In this document: piece after piece, positions 1 through 9,674 of the stretch
Layout: every line of letters begins with the position of its first letter
How positions within the stretch are numbered: the stretch's first letter is position 1
Assembly: GCA_048941285.1 (NCBI GenBank)
Contig: JBHLNS010000009.1
Location: 36,893-100,892 of the forward strand
Length of the DNA: 64,000 nucleotides
Source: Promethearchaeota archaeon
Lineage (GTDB): Archaea; Asgardarchaeota; Lokiarchaeia; Sigyniarchaeales; SOKP01
Direction: 5' to 3'
Notes under the pieces: generated by a model
Told to the model about the DNA's origin: nothing
The model's input: only the letters and a program-made list of their open reading frames with translations
Database searches by the model: none
Translations under genes and position numbers: made by a program

Positions 1-2
1 TT

Positions 3-374
3 CAAGCACAATTAATTTTGTCATCAATTTATCTAATTTCAAAATTTAGCCCCGATCATATAATTATTTCAGGAGATATCTATGATGTACACTCAGAGAT
101 TAGAGGATTGATACCTGGTGTTAGACAATTGACTAAAAGAAGGATAAGTGACTATATTAATGAATTAACATTAGCAGGGATAATTTCTGCAGAGATTAAG
201 TCTATGGGACATTATGGGAGAACTAAAATAATTAAACTTGATATAGGGTCTGAATTATTAGAAAACGTATTATTAGAGAATGAAAAGATAAAAGGTATTA
301 TGAATCATAAACCCGTTTTTTTACGGACAGATAAAGTAAAGTTGAAAAATAATATATTTAAAAAGTTAATTTAA
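3..374 (+). CDS. cdc6: Orc1/Cdc6 replication initiator, C-terminal winged-helix part (gene starts before the window)
   Basis: Frame is open from base 3. GDIYDVH..LTKRRISDYINELTLAGII..GHYGRTKII matches the Cdc6 C-terminal wHTH. Confidence 0.85.
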   Translation, partial: QAQLILSSIYLISKFSPDHIIISGDIYDVHSEIRGLIPGVRQLTKRRISDYINELTLAGIISAEIKSMGHYGRTKIIKLDIGSELLENVLLENEKIKGIMNHKPVFLRTDKVKLKNNIFKKLI

Positions 375-1051
375 GTAATAAAATCCCACGAATCAATATT
401 TTCAGCAATTTTACCAAGAAAAAACTCTGCAAGATTCTGATTTTTATCTTTTAATAATAAAAATAATTTTGCTAAATGTTTACAAAATTTTTTATTATCA
501 GCTCTCCGTGTTTCAAAGTCATGGCAGTTATGATGGATAAATTTATCATTAGTGTTAATTTCTATTAGATAAACTTCTTCTTTAGAACCTTGTACCTTTG
601 ATTTAATAATTCCTTTAGAACAGTCATATTCCAATTTCTCAAATGCAGCATCAGAAACAGATACAGATCTATTTAATGTGCTCTTATCTACAAATGCACT
701 AATTAAAACACTAAAATTAGTTGATTCTTTTGAAATATCGTTTTTTAATTGTTTAACTTTATTTTCAGTGTCAATATTTTCTATGATTTCCATTTTTCTT
801 TTTTTTTGCCACTCAATTAATCTTTTTTTTAAATTCTCAGATAATTTAAGATGGTTGTTATTATCCTTAATAAGCAATTGTTCTTCAATACATTTATTAA
901 TAAATGCTTTAGCTTTTTCTGGGGGTTCAAGAAATAAATCATAGGAAATTCGAAAAAGCAAATCATTGTATGATATAAAAGGGAGATCGATGATTTTCCA
1001 TATATAAAATAACTTCTCTGAAATATTTGTTCTAGGAATTGCGAGATTCAT
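371..1051 (-). CDS. SWIM-type zinc finger protein
   Basis: C-terminal HNCHDF...FCKHL (HxC..CxH SWIM variant) preceded by the typical VQGSKEEVYLIEI beta region. Confidence 0.65.
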   Translation of the reverse strand: MNLAIPRTNISEKLFYIWKIIDLPFISYNDLLFRISYDLFLEPPEKAKAFINKCIEEQLLIKDNNNHLKLSENLKKRLIEWQKKRKMEIIENIDTENKVKQLKNDISKESTNFSVLISAFVDKSTLNRSVSVSDAAFEKLEYDCSKGIIKSKVQGSKEEVYLIEINTNDKFIHHNCHDFETRRADNKKFCKHLAKLFLLLKDKNQNLAEFFLGKIAENIDSWDFIT

Positions 1052-1090
1052 TGTAATTAATTTATGTTTTTTATGATTTAAGAAGAATAA

Positions 1091-2884
1091 TTAAATATTA
1101 GTTTTTAAGTCTAATTGTATACCTTTTAAGGTATCTATTTCAATAATTGAAAGAATTCCTGGAGTAGGATGTAAGCCTAAAGAATTCATAAACTCTGTTT
1201 GAGACTGAAAACATCCAGAATTTACTAACACAACATTATTGTAATAATCCATACCGTTAATATGAATGTGACCTGTATGAAAAATGTCTGGGATCTTATC
1301 GATCACAAGCCAATCTTTACTGGTTGGAGCAATTTGCGTTTTTTTTCCATAAATAGGGGCTAAGTGCCTACATTTTAATAATTCAATCATTGTGTCAACT
1401 GGTTTGTTGTTATCTAAACCTGGGATTAACATGTTTAAATCAAGTATACTATCACCGTGAAAAACTAAAGTGTTTACGTTATGTGTTTGTAGAAGTGCGG
1501 GGTTTCCTATACATGATACGCCAAAATCTAAAAGTTCTGCAGAATATTTTTTTGGTACCGCAGGTCTTGGAATTGCATTTCTCACTGGTTCGTGATTTCC
1601 AGAACTATAGAATATTTTAATATATTCTGGGATTCCAGAAAGAAGTTTTGATGCTTTTTTAAACTGATTATGTATATCTGTTATAAGAAGATCATTCTCT
1701 TGGGAGGGATAGACTCCAATACCATCAACTAAATCACCATTAATTATAATATATTTAATTCTTCCTGCTCGTTCTCTTTGAATTTTGTTTCCGATATCCC
1801 CATTCAAGAATTTTATGAATCTCATCCATAATTTTTCCTCAAATTCTTTACTACCGATATGTGTATCGGAAATTAAAGCGATAGACAATGGATCTGGTGA
1901 TAAATTGGGTTTAAAATCTCTTGGAATATCAATTTTAGTTATGTAATTACAATAAATAATTCCACTTTTACCTCTTTCTGCTGGTTTGTATGTTCCTTCA
2001 ATATAAACCATTTGATCATTTACTGTTCTTTCCGCTATTTTTACATTTTCTTGGTTCTCTGAATCTTTCCGTATAATTACATTAATAATGTTGGTAAGAT
2101 CTTCCAATATTAGAAAAAAGTTTCCACTTTTAGTTTTTCGTATGTCATTGACTAATCCGATTACTGAAACTTCAACACTATTAGCTAGTCTTAATATGTT
2201 ATTAATATTGTTTGCTGAAAGAACATCGGGTCTTTTCTTTATTAGATCCCTTAGTTTATTAAATTTATCTATTGTAAGATTATAAAAATCTTCATAATCT
2301 CCACTTGTATAAAGCTTACCAGTGGGATCTTTTAAAATATCATAAGAAAATGTATAATCTTTCGCTATAGGTTTATAGGTTAATGATGATTTAGAGCGTT
2401 GAAAATTTGTTCTGGGGAATTTATTATTTTCGACATTTATTTTTGAATTTTTATGATAATTATCTAATATTTCCTCACCATTATTTAATGCCAAATTTTC
2501 TTGGATTTGTAGAGAATATTCAGGGCTTTCATTAGTTTTTTGCCTTATCTTCCCAATTGTTGAGATTTTAAGTTCAGAAGAATGCTCATTTTTAACATCT
2601 TGCTTTAATTCTGCCTCCTGAATAGTTATTGAATCAATATTTTTAATTAAAACGTTTTTTAATGATTTCTGTGATTGCTTACTTGAAAAATTCTGTAAAA
2701 TTTCTTCTGTTAGATGACTATCAAAATTCGGAAGAAAGCTAACATTTTTAATTATTGATTTAACTTTTTTTAATGGATTATCCATATTCAAAAGAATTTC
2801 TAAAGTTGAGGGTGTTATGTTGATTCCAGAATTAACTAATTCTTTGATGATGTTTTCTTTTTCATTTAGGTTATCGTCTTTCAA
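1091..2884 (-). CDS. polB: DNA polymerase D small (exonuclease) subunit DP1
   Basis: OB fold plus metallophosphoesterase motifs SDTHIGS, GDLVDGIGVYP, GNHE, FHG and HTGHIH; TTG start. Confidence 0.95.
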   Translation of the reverse strand: MKDDNLNEKENIIKELVNSGINITPSTLEILLNMDNPLKKVKSIIKNVSFLPNFDSHLTEEILQNFSSKQSQKSLKNVLIKNIDSITIQEAELKQDVKNEHSSELKISTIGKIRQKTNESPEYSLQIQENLALNNGEEILDNYHKNSKINVENNKFPRTNFQRSKSSLTYKPIAKDYTFSYDILKDPTGKLYTSGDYEDFYNLTIDKFNKLRDLIKKRPDVLSANNINNILRLANSVEVSVIGLVNDIRKTKSGNFFLILEDLTNIINVIIRKDSENQENVKIAERTVNDQMVYIEGTYKPAERGKSGIIYCNYITKIDIPRDFKPNLSPDPLSIALISDTHIGSKEFEEKLWMRFIKFLNGDIGNKIQRERAGRIKYIIINGDLVDGIGVYPSQENDLLITDIHNQFKKASKLLSGIPEYIKIFYSSGNHEPVRNAIPRPAVPKKYSAELLDFGVSCIGNPALLQTHNVNTLVFHGDSILDLNMLIPGLDNNKPVDTMIELLKCRHLAPIYGKKTQIAPTSKDWLVIDKIPDIFHTGHIHINGMDYYNNVVLVNSGCFQSQTEFMNSLGLHPTPGILSIIEIDTLKGIQLDLKTNI

Positions 2885-3125
2885 AGCAATATTCTTTAAA
2901 ATGGAATTACTAATATTAATTGAAGTATAACATTAAATTATTTTTTATTAAAGGAAAAACAAATTTTCTTTTATAAGTAGAGACTGTAGAAAATTAGCAT
3001 TCTCCCTAAGTTTATAAAAGAAATAGCTGATTAATAAATGAATTTAATTAAATTCAGAAAAATAAGTATTATAACTCTTATTTTTAATACATTAGTTTTT
3101 ATTAACTTTAGAAATAGGGAATTTT

Positions 3126-6100
3126 ATGGTAGATATAAGTAAAACAATGGAATTGTACTTTAATACAATTCAAAAACAAGTTGATAAATGCTATTCAATT
3201 GCAGAGCACGCCCGCGAAAAAGGACTTGATCCTGAATTAGAAGTAGAGTCTCCTCAGGCAAAAGATTTAGCCGGTAGAGTTGAAAAGCTTGTTGGTCCAA
3301 AAGGTGTTGCAAACATAATAAGAACATTAAAAAAGAAAGGTTTAACAGAAGATGAACTTGTCTTCAAGGTTGTTGCTGATATTTTGGATAATAAAATTGG
3401 AAATATTGAATCTTTAGAAGCCCGAGTTGATAGAGCAATAAGAATTGGATTAGCGATAAAAACTATGGGCGTAGTAAGCGCACCGCTTGAAGGAATCTCT
3501 AAGATTTCAATTAGAAATAACGGATATGGGAGTAATTATTTATCCTTATATTTTGCAGGACCAATTAGAGCTGCAGGAGGAACTACCGCAGCTTTGTGTG
3601 TATTAATTGCAGATTATGTAAGAAGAAAGTCTAAAATTCCTAAATATGAGGCTACTGAAGCAGAAATTGGTAGATATGTAGAAGAAGTAAAACTATATGA
3701 TCGAAATGTCCATTTACAATATCCTTCATCAAATAAAGAAATCAGATATGCTGTGGGGCATTTACCAATAGAAATCAACGGAGACGCAACTGAAGATGAA
3801 GAAGTTTCTGCTTTTAGAGATTTACCTCGGATTGAAACAAATCACATAAGAGGTGGAGCATGCCTAGTTTTAAATGACGGTATTCTGCTCAAAGCCCCAA
3901 AATTACTTAAAATTGCCAATGCTATGAATCTGGAAGGCTGGAATTGGCTTGCTGAATTAAAAAAAATTGCTCAAAACCAAGAAAAGGTGGAAAAAAATAA
4001 AGAACAAGATTTAAAAGAAGAAATTAAAATCCCTCCAAACTCTAAATATGTTGCAGATATTATTGCCGGACGCCCAGTTTTTAGTCACCCCTCTAAAATA
4101 GGAGGTCATAGAATAAGATATGGAAGGTCTCGAAATACTGGTTTAGCTGCTGCAGGAATCCATCCTGCAACAATGGTTATTTTAGATGAATTTGTAGCAA
4201 TTGGAACACAATTAAGAATTGAACGACCTGGAAAAAGCACAAGTGTATGCCCCGTAGATAGTATTGAACCACCTATTGTTAAATTGAAGAGTGGTGATGT
4301 TCTGAAAATATCAAATATCAACAAAGCAAAACAAATATTTCCAGAAATTAAAAAAGTATTATTTTTAGGAGATCTTCTATTTGGATATGGTGAATTTACA
4401 GAAAATAATCACATATTAATACCCTCTGGATATGTAGAGGAATGGTGGGCATTAGAACTAGAAAAATCTATAAAAGATATAGAAATAATAGATAAAAGAT
4501 CAAAAGCTTTTATTGAAAACCCATTTGAAAATATTCCTACTCCTGTAGAAGCTATTAAAATTTCAAGAGAATATAATATTCCTTTACATCCTTGTTATTT
4601 AGATTTTTGGGGTAATATAACATTAGAAGATTTGGAATTGCTGAGAAATGCACTTATCAAGAATTTTTCCAACTCTGAACAAAGAATTACGTTAAATTAT
4701 GAAAAATCAATTAAAAAAATTCTAGAAAAGGCATTTATCCCTCACAAAATAAAGGATAATAAAATATTACTTAGTTTAAAAAGGAGTTTTATATTTAAAG
4801 AAATATTTAACTTAGAAGACAAAAAAACAATAGAAACAGAAAAAGATGATGATGTTTTTACTTATTTTTTTAAAGTCTCTTCAATTAAAGTCAAAAATAA
4901 AGCGCCATACTATATGGGATCACGTATGGGCAGACCAGAAAAGTCAGAAAGGAAAAGTATGAAAGGAATTCATGCATTATTTCCTCTGAGTGATATTGTT
5001 GGTAGTTCAAGATTATTTGAAAAAGCAATGGGATATAGTGCTAGAAAAAATGATAGTAATAATTCAATCTATAAAAAAAAGAAATCTTTCGATTTTGGAA
5101 ATAAAAATAATATTGTAGAAACCGGTAAAGTTAAAATAGAGGTCTGTAGGAAAAAATGCGTTAATTGTGGAACATCAAGTATTTTTAATATATGTCATAA
5201 CTGTGGAGGTCATACTGAATTACAGAAAATATGTCCACGATGTAAAATACTTTTTCCCACTTTTGAAGAAAATTGTTCAAGATGTCATGAGCCATTGAAA
5301 ACTTCAATTGAAGCAAAATTTAATATAAGAAAGTATGTAAACTTAACTTTGAAATCACTTAATGTGCCTTTTCCCCCAAAATTTAAAGGTATTATTGGTT
5401 TAACGAATGAATATAAAGTTCCAGAACCTATAGAGAAAGGAATTCTAAGAGCCAAAAATGATGTTTTAGTTTATAAGACTGCTGAAATAAGATATGACGC
5501 TACTGATATACCATTAACCCATTTTAAACCATCAGAAATTGATACCTCCATAGAAAAATTAAGAGATATGGGATATGAATTGGATATTAAAGGAAATCCT
5601 CTAAATGATAAAAATCAGATTTTAGAGTTGAAAGTACAAGATATAGTTCTTTCTGATGATTGTGCTAATTACTTTATTAAAGTTGCTAATTTCTTAGATG
5701 ATGAATTAGAGCTATTTTATAAAGAAGATCGTTTCTATAATATTTCAGCTAGAGAAGATCTATTAGGACATTTAGCTGTAGGTTTAGCCCCACATACTAG
5801 TGCGGGAATAATAGGTAGAATAATTGGATTTACCTCTGCGAGAGCAATATACGCTCATCCATATTGGCATGCCGCGAAAAGACGAAATTGTGATGGGGAC
5901 GAAGATGGTGTTATGCTACTCTTAGATCCTCTATTGAATTTCTCAAGGCATTATCTTCCAAGCAAAATTGGTGGAAGAATGGATGCAACTTTAGTTATAG
6001 GTACTAAAATAGATCCCAATGAAATTGATGTTGAATCCCACAATTTAGATACTTTAGATCGATATCCATTAGAGTTCTATGAAGCAACAGAACGATACGC

Positions 6101-6647
6101 TCTACCATCTGAGATAGAAGCGCTAATGAGCCTGGTTAAAAGTTGTTTGGGAACATTTAGACAATATGAAAACATCGGATTCAATATCCCAACAAGCAAT
6201 ATTAATGAGGGCCCAATAACAACAGCCTATAAATTATATGAGACAATGGATGAAAAAATTGAAGCACAACTTAATTTGGCAAAACTTATTAAAGCTGTAG
6301 AAGCAAAAAAGGTAGCTGAAAAAATTTTAACTACCCATTTCAACCCAGATATACTAGGAAATTTGAGAAAATTTGCCATTCAGAGTTTTCGATGTGTTAA
6401 GTGTAATGAAAAATTCAGACGTCCGCCTTTATTGAACAGTGGAAAATGTCCTAAATGTGGAAATAGAATTATCCTGACAGTAAATCGTGGAGGTATTGAA
6501 AAATATATACCTCGTGCTTTGAAAATTTGTAACGATTTTAATTTGGACAATTACACCAAGCAAAGAATGGAATTAATTGAGGAGTATGTAGAAAGCCTAA
6601 CAAATAACCCAAAAATTAAACAGCATAAGTTATCTGACTTCTTTTAA
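3126..6647 (+). CDS. polC: DNA polymerase D large subunit DP2
   Basis: YFAGPIRAAGGT, RYGRSRNTG, catalytic KRRNCDGDED, zinc fingers and a C-terminal PIP box QHKLSDFF. No intein seen. Confidence 0.97.
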   Translation: MVDISKTMELYFNTIQKQVDKCYSIAEHAREKGLDPELEVESPQAKDLAGRVEKLVGPKGVANIIRTLKKKGLTEDELVFKVVADILDNKIGNIESLEARVDRAIRIGLAIKTMGVVSAPLEGISKISIRNNGYGSNYLSLYFAGPIRAAGGTTAALCVLIADYVRRKSKIPKYEATEAEIGRYVEEVKLYDRNVHLQYPSSNKEIRYAVGHLPIEINGDATEDEEVSAFRDLPRIETNHIRGGACLVLNDGILLKAPKLLKIANAMNLEGWNWLAELKKIAQNQEKVEKNKEQDLKEEIKIPPNSKYVADIIAGRPVFSHPSKIGGHRIRYGRSRNTGLAAAGIHPATMVILDEFVAIGTQLRIERPGKSTSVCPVDSIEPPIVKLKSGDVLKISNINKAKQIFPEIKKVLFLGDLLFGYGEFTENNHILIPSGYVEEWWALELEKSIKDIEIIDKRSKAFIENPFENIPTPVEAIKISREYNIPLHPCYLDFWGNITLEDLELLRNALIKNFSNSEQRITLNYEKSIKKILEKAFIPHKIKDNKILLSLKRSFIFKEIFNLEDKKTIETEKDDDVFTYFFKVSSIKVKNKAPYYMGSRMGRPEKSERKSMKGIHALFPLSDIVGSSRLFEKAMGYSARKNDSNNSIYKKKKSFDFGNKNNIVETGKVKIEVCRKKCVNCGTSSIFNICHNCGGHTELQKICPRCKILFPTFEENCSRCHEPLKTSIEAKFNIRKYVNLTLKSLNVPFPPKFKGIIGLTNEYKVPEPIEKGILRAKNDVLVYKTAEIRYDATDIPLTHFKPSEIDTSIEKLRDMGYELDIKGNPLNDKNQILELKVQDIVLSDDCANYFIKVANFLDDELELFYKEDRFYNISAREDLLGHLAVGLAPHTSAGIIGRIIGFTSARAIYAHPYWHAAKRRNCDGDEDGVMLLLDPLLNFSRHYLPSKIGGRMDATLVIGTKIDPNEIDVESHNLDTLDRYPLEFYEATERYALPSEIEALMSLVKSCLGTFRQYENIGFNIPTSNINEGPITTAYKLYETMDEKIEAQLNLAKLIKAVEAKKVAEKILTTHFNPDILGNLRKFAIQSFRCVKCNEKFRRPPLLNSGKCPKCGNRIILTVNRGGIEKYIPRALKICNDFNLDNYTKQRMELIEEYVESLTNNPKIKQHKLSDFF

Positions 6648-7854
6648 CTCCCTCTTTTCTTATATCAATACTTCTTAAAGCTTGATGACAAATATTAATG
6701 CAACCGTTTAAGGCTTCCAAAGAACATTTATCAGGAGTATCTTTTATTGAATGGATATATTTCGAATCTGCACTTGAATGAAAACAGCTTACTTGAAATT
6801 TACTATTAGTTTTTTTAGCATATTTTTGAAATGATTTATAATCACTATTAGGTTTAATAGCTTTATTATAAATTTTTAATGGAATATTCAATTGATTTGC
6901 TGTTGCCCCAAATATATCATTTAGACTTTTATTCGTTTTTCTTCTAAAAATTATTCCAGATTTATTTAAAAGACCTATATAAGAACCTACCATATCGATA
7001 TTAATATTAAATGAATTATCAAGATCATAAATTTTTTTCAGACTTTTGAAATGAGTTTTACAAAACCTTCTTGAGCCCTTTAGCCCCCATTCTTCAGCTC
7101 CAGGCCATAAAATCAAAACATCCATATTATTGAGCGGATTTTTTTTTAAAATCTTTGCTAATTCAAGTGAAATAGCTATTCCACTCGCATTATCAACTGA
7201 TCCTGATGATGGGCGTTCTCTAAAAACTAAATATAAGATTGGGATTGATAAAAACACTCCTCCAATTGATGAGAAACTTATAAAGATTATTAAAAGATTA
7301 GACAGAGAGAGACGAATTAATGCGAAAAAATCAAAAAGAAAGATAGCTATAAAGACTACAAAAACTATAATATAAAAAACTACAATTAATCTATAAATGA
7401 AAAAAATAATTACTTGCAACCTATATGGAATATTTGCAGAAATTGAATCATAATGGGCAGATATAATTACTAATGGTCTTTCTGGTGTTTTTTCTTTAGC
7501 TTTAATTAATGCGAAGATGTTTTTGGATTCTTCACTCTTTATGAAACTAACTTCGCGAAAATTAGCAAACGAATATTTTAAAATAAAATAAGCGACAACA
7601 ATTAAAATCATGCGAAAAAGTATTAGATTGATTATTATAAGAAGATAACTTGTTCTCATAAGTATTTTTAAAGGACCTGTCCAATCAAAATGTTCGACTT
7701 CGGGAGTAATATTATTTTCTATTAATTCTTTCTCTATATAGTTTAATGCTTCAGTTTCTCCAACAGATGAAGCTGTACGATTAAAGGCTAAAGATTTTAT
7801 GTGTTCCATAGCATTTGGCTCATCATACAATTGTAAATTTGAAATAGGCATCAC
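6616..7854 (-). CDS. M28 family peptidase with transmembrane insert
   Basis: SAHYDS, GSVDNASG, GAEEWGLKGS, NIDMVG and IHSIKDT motifs. The 3' end overlaps DP2 by 32 nt. Confidence 0.85.
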   Translation of the reverse strand: MMPISNLQLYDEPNAMEHIKSLAFNRTASSVGETEALNYIEKELIENNITPEVEHFDWTGPLKILMRTSYLLIIINLILFRMILIVVAYFILKYSFANFREVSFIKSEESKNIFALIKAKEKTPERPLVIISAHYDSISANIPYRLQVIIFFIYRLIVVFYIIVFVVFIAIFLFDFFALIRLSLSNLLIIFISFSSIGGVFLSIPILYLVFRERPSSGSVDNASGIAISLELAKILKKNPLNNMDVLILWPGAEEWGLKGSRRFCKTHFKSLKKIYDLDNSFNINIDMVGSYIGLLNKSGIIFRRKTNKSLNDIFGATANQLNIPLKIYNKAIKPNSDYKSFQKYAKKTNSKFQVSCFHSSADSKYIHSIKDTPDKCSLEALNGCINICHQALRSIDIRKEGVKRSQITYAV

Positions 7855-8083
7855 TTATTTAATTTATTATGTGTTCTTATAATTCAATAATAAATAGAAT
7901 TATAACAAATATAAATGCTCATATTATAGAATTTGAACTAATCAAAATATTAAGTTAGGTAATCTATATCGAAAAAATTAAATGTTTTATATCTATAAAT
8001 GTATTTTATGATAATTAGGTTAGAATATGGCATTTTTATATTTCATCCACAATTTATTGAGATTTATTTGCCTAAAATTAGTG

Positions 8084-8256
8084 TGCAGGAGGTGGGATTC
8101 GAACCCACGAATTTAGGTCGAGGAAGCAATTCCTTCGAAGACCTATGTCACTAGAGCCTCAGTTACGCCATAAACGTATTATTACGTAGTATTCTAGCGC
8201 CGTAGACCAGGCTTAGCCATAAACGTATTATTACGTTGTATTTTGGCAACTCCTGC
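8084..8256 (-). tRNA. tRNA-Leu(GAG) with three introns (8213-8242, 8164-8193, 8112-8139)
   Basis: Removing the three inserts gives an 85-nt cloverleaf: acceptor GCAGGAG/CTCCTGC, anticodon stem CTAGA/TCTAG with GAG at 8160-8158, a long variable arm, and T arm GTGGG-TTCGAAT-CCCAC. Each insert forms a bulge-helix-bulge-like structure. Confidence 0.92.
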
Positions 8257-8488
8257 ATTATGAAAAAAATTGTAATCCAATAATTTAGAGTTTATGAATT
8301 AAGATAATGAATTTAATTTTTAAAATTTTTTTCCTTTAAGATTAATTTATTAAATTCGAACTTTAAATTTTAAGGCTTTCTAACGTTTTCGTTTTCTATA
8401 AATTTTTATAACGAACGTATTATATACAATAATATATTTCAGTTATTTAGTAATACAGTTGCAACCAAAGTAAAAAGGATGTGAGCTA

Positions 8489-9502
8489 TTGTCGGTCGAT
8501 CGAAAAAAACTTGAAGCGCTACTTAAATGGTATAAGCAAGAGATTGGAGAAAACTTAATCGCGACTCTTATTGTGAATAGAGAAGGGTTGGTAATGTCTG
8601 CATTAAAAGGATCTTCTGATACGGAGGTAGAAGAAGATGTTATAGCAGGTGTAAGTGCACTTGTAGAACCTGTTCTGACTAGAATTACAGAAGAATTTAG
8701 TTCTGGTTCTTTTGGAACAGGAACTTTTGACACAGAAGAGCAAAGGTTTATTTTTTGTGAAGCTGGCCCCGAAGCAATTTTTGTGACTGTATTGAAAGCT
8801 GTTGCTATGGTAGATCCTGTATTTCCCTATGCGTATTTAGCTGCTGAGAAGATTGCGAGAATATTTGATGGGAGATCAGTAAGTCCGGTAATTCCTAAAT
8901 TGATCACAGAGAAAGAATCACAAAATATTCAAAGAAAAATAGACAGCCTACAAAAAATTAAGATCAAATCTGGAGAATATGCGTTTAAGCTTATACTTGG
9001 CGGAGAGGGTGGAGTTGGAAAGACTAGTATGGTTCATCGATTCGTAGAAGATTCATTTCAGGTTGACTATAAATCTACAATTGGCACGTCAATAATGAAA
9101 AAGGAATGTGATTTTCAAGGATTAGAGTCAAAAGTTCGTTTTGTAATCTGGGATTTAGCTGGACAAGCACAATTTAAACGAGTGAGACAGACGTATGTTG
9201 CAAATGCTGAAGCAGGTATTTTAGTCTATGACGTTACTCGTAAAGATACTTTGGATAGTTTAGAAAATTGGTTTAATGAGATTAAAAGTGTTTCACCAAC
9301 AATATCAATGATTCTCGTTGGAAATAAGATAGACCTTGAGAATGATCGTGTTATATCCTCTGAACAAGGCGAAAGGATCGCAGAAAAATTAAATCTTTCA
9401 TATATTGAAACATCGGCTAAAACTGGTGAAAATATTAATGATGCTTTTAAAATGCTTGCATTACAAATGATTAAACGTTATGTATTTACAGAAGAAGTAT
9501 GA
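8489..9502 (+). CDS. Roadblock/LC7 domain fused to a Rab-like small GTPase
   Basis: N-terminal roadblock (ATLIVNREGLVMSA). C-terminal GEGGVGKT, WDLAGQ, GNKID and ETSAK. Confidence 0.88.
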   Translation: MSVDRKKLEALLKWYKQEIGENLIATLIVNREGLVMSALKGSSDTEVEEDVIAGVSALVEPVLTRITEEFSSGSFGTGTFDTEEQRFIFCEAGPEAIFVTVLKAVAMVDPVFPYAYLAAEKIARIFDGRSVSPVIPKLITEKESQNIQRKIDSLQKIKIKSGEYAFKLILGGEGGVGKTSMVHRFVEDSFQVDYKSTIGTSIMKKECDFQGLESKVRFVIWDLAGQAQFKRVRQTYVANAEAGILVYDVTRKDTLDSLENWFNEIKSVSPTISMILVGNKIDLENDRVISSEQGERIAEKLNLSYIETSAKTGENINDAFKMLALQMIKRYVFTEEV

Positions 9503-9506
9503 GTAG

Positions 9507-9607
9507 AGCCTCTGGGGGGATTTGAACCCCCGACCTACGGATTACGAATCCTTAACATTTCATTCAACACGAAATAAAATGTTGCTCAACCGCTAAGCTA
9601 CAGAGGC
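9507..9607 (-). tRNA. tRNA-Thr(CGT) with a 29-nt intron at 28/29 (9552-9580)
   Basis: Acceptor GCCTCTG/CAGAGGC. Anticodon stem ACGGA/TCCGT is restored after removing the insert. BHB has central helix AGCA/TGTT with bulges ACA and AAG. Confidence 0.9.
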
Positions 9608-9674
9608 AAAGGCAATGTAATAATACAAGTTTATTCAAAAATCATAATTGTAAAGAAATTTTAAAGTTTATTTT

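Noticed and set aside
2885-3125. Possible replication origin between DP1 and DP2
   Set aside because: AT-rich, but no repeated ORB-like boxes seen; better explained as a divergent promoter region.
8164-8242. Direct repeat GCCATAAACGTATTATTACGT as a mini-CRISPR or attachment site
   Set aside because: Only two copies, and both fall exactly at tRNA intron positions with BHB geometry.
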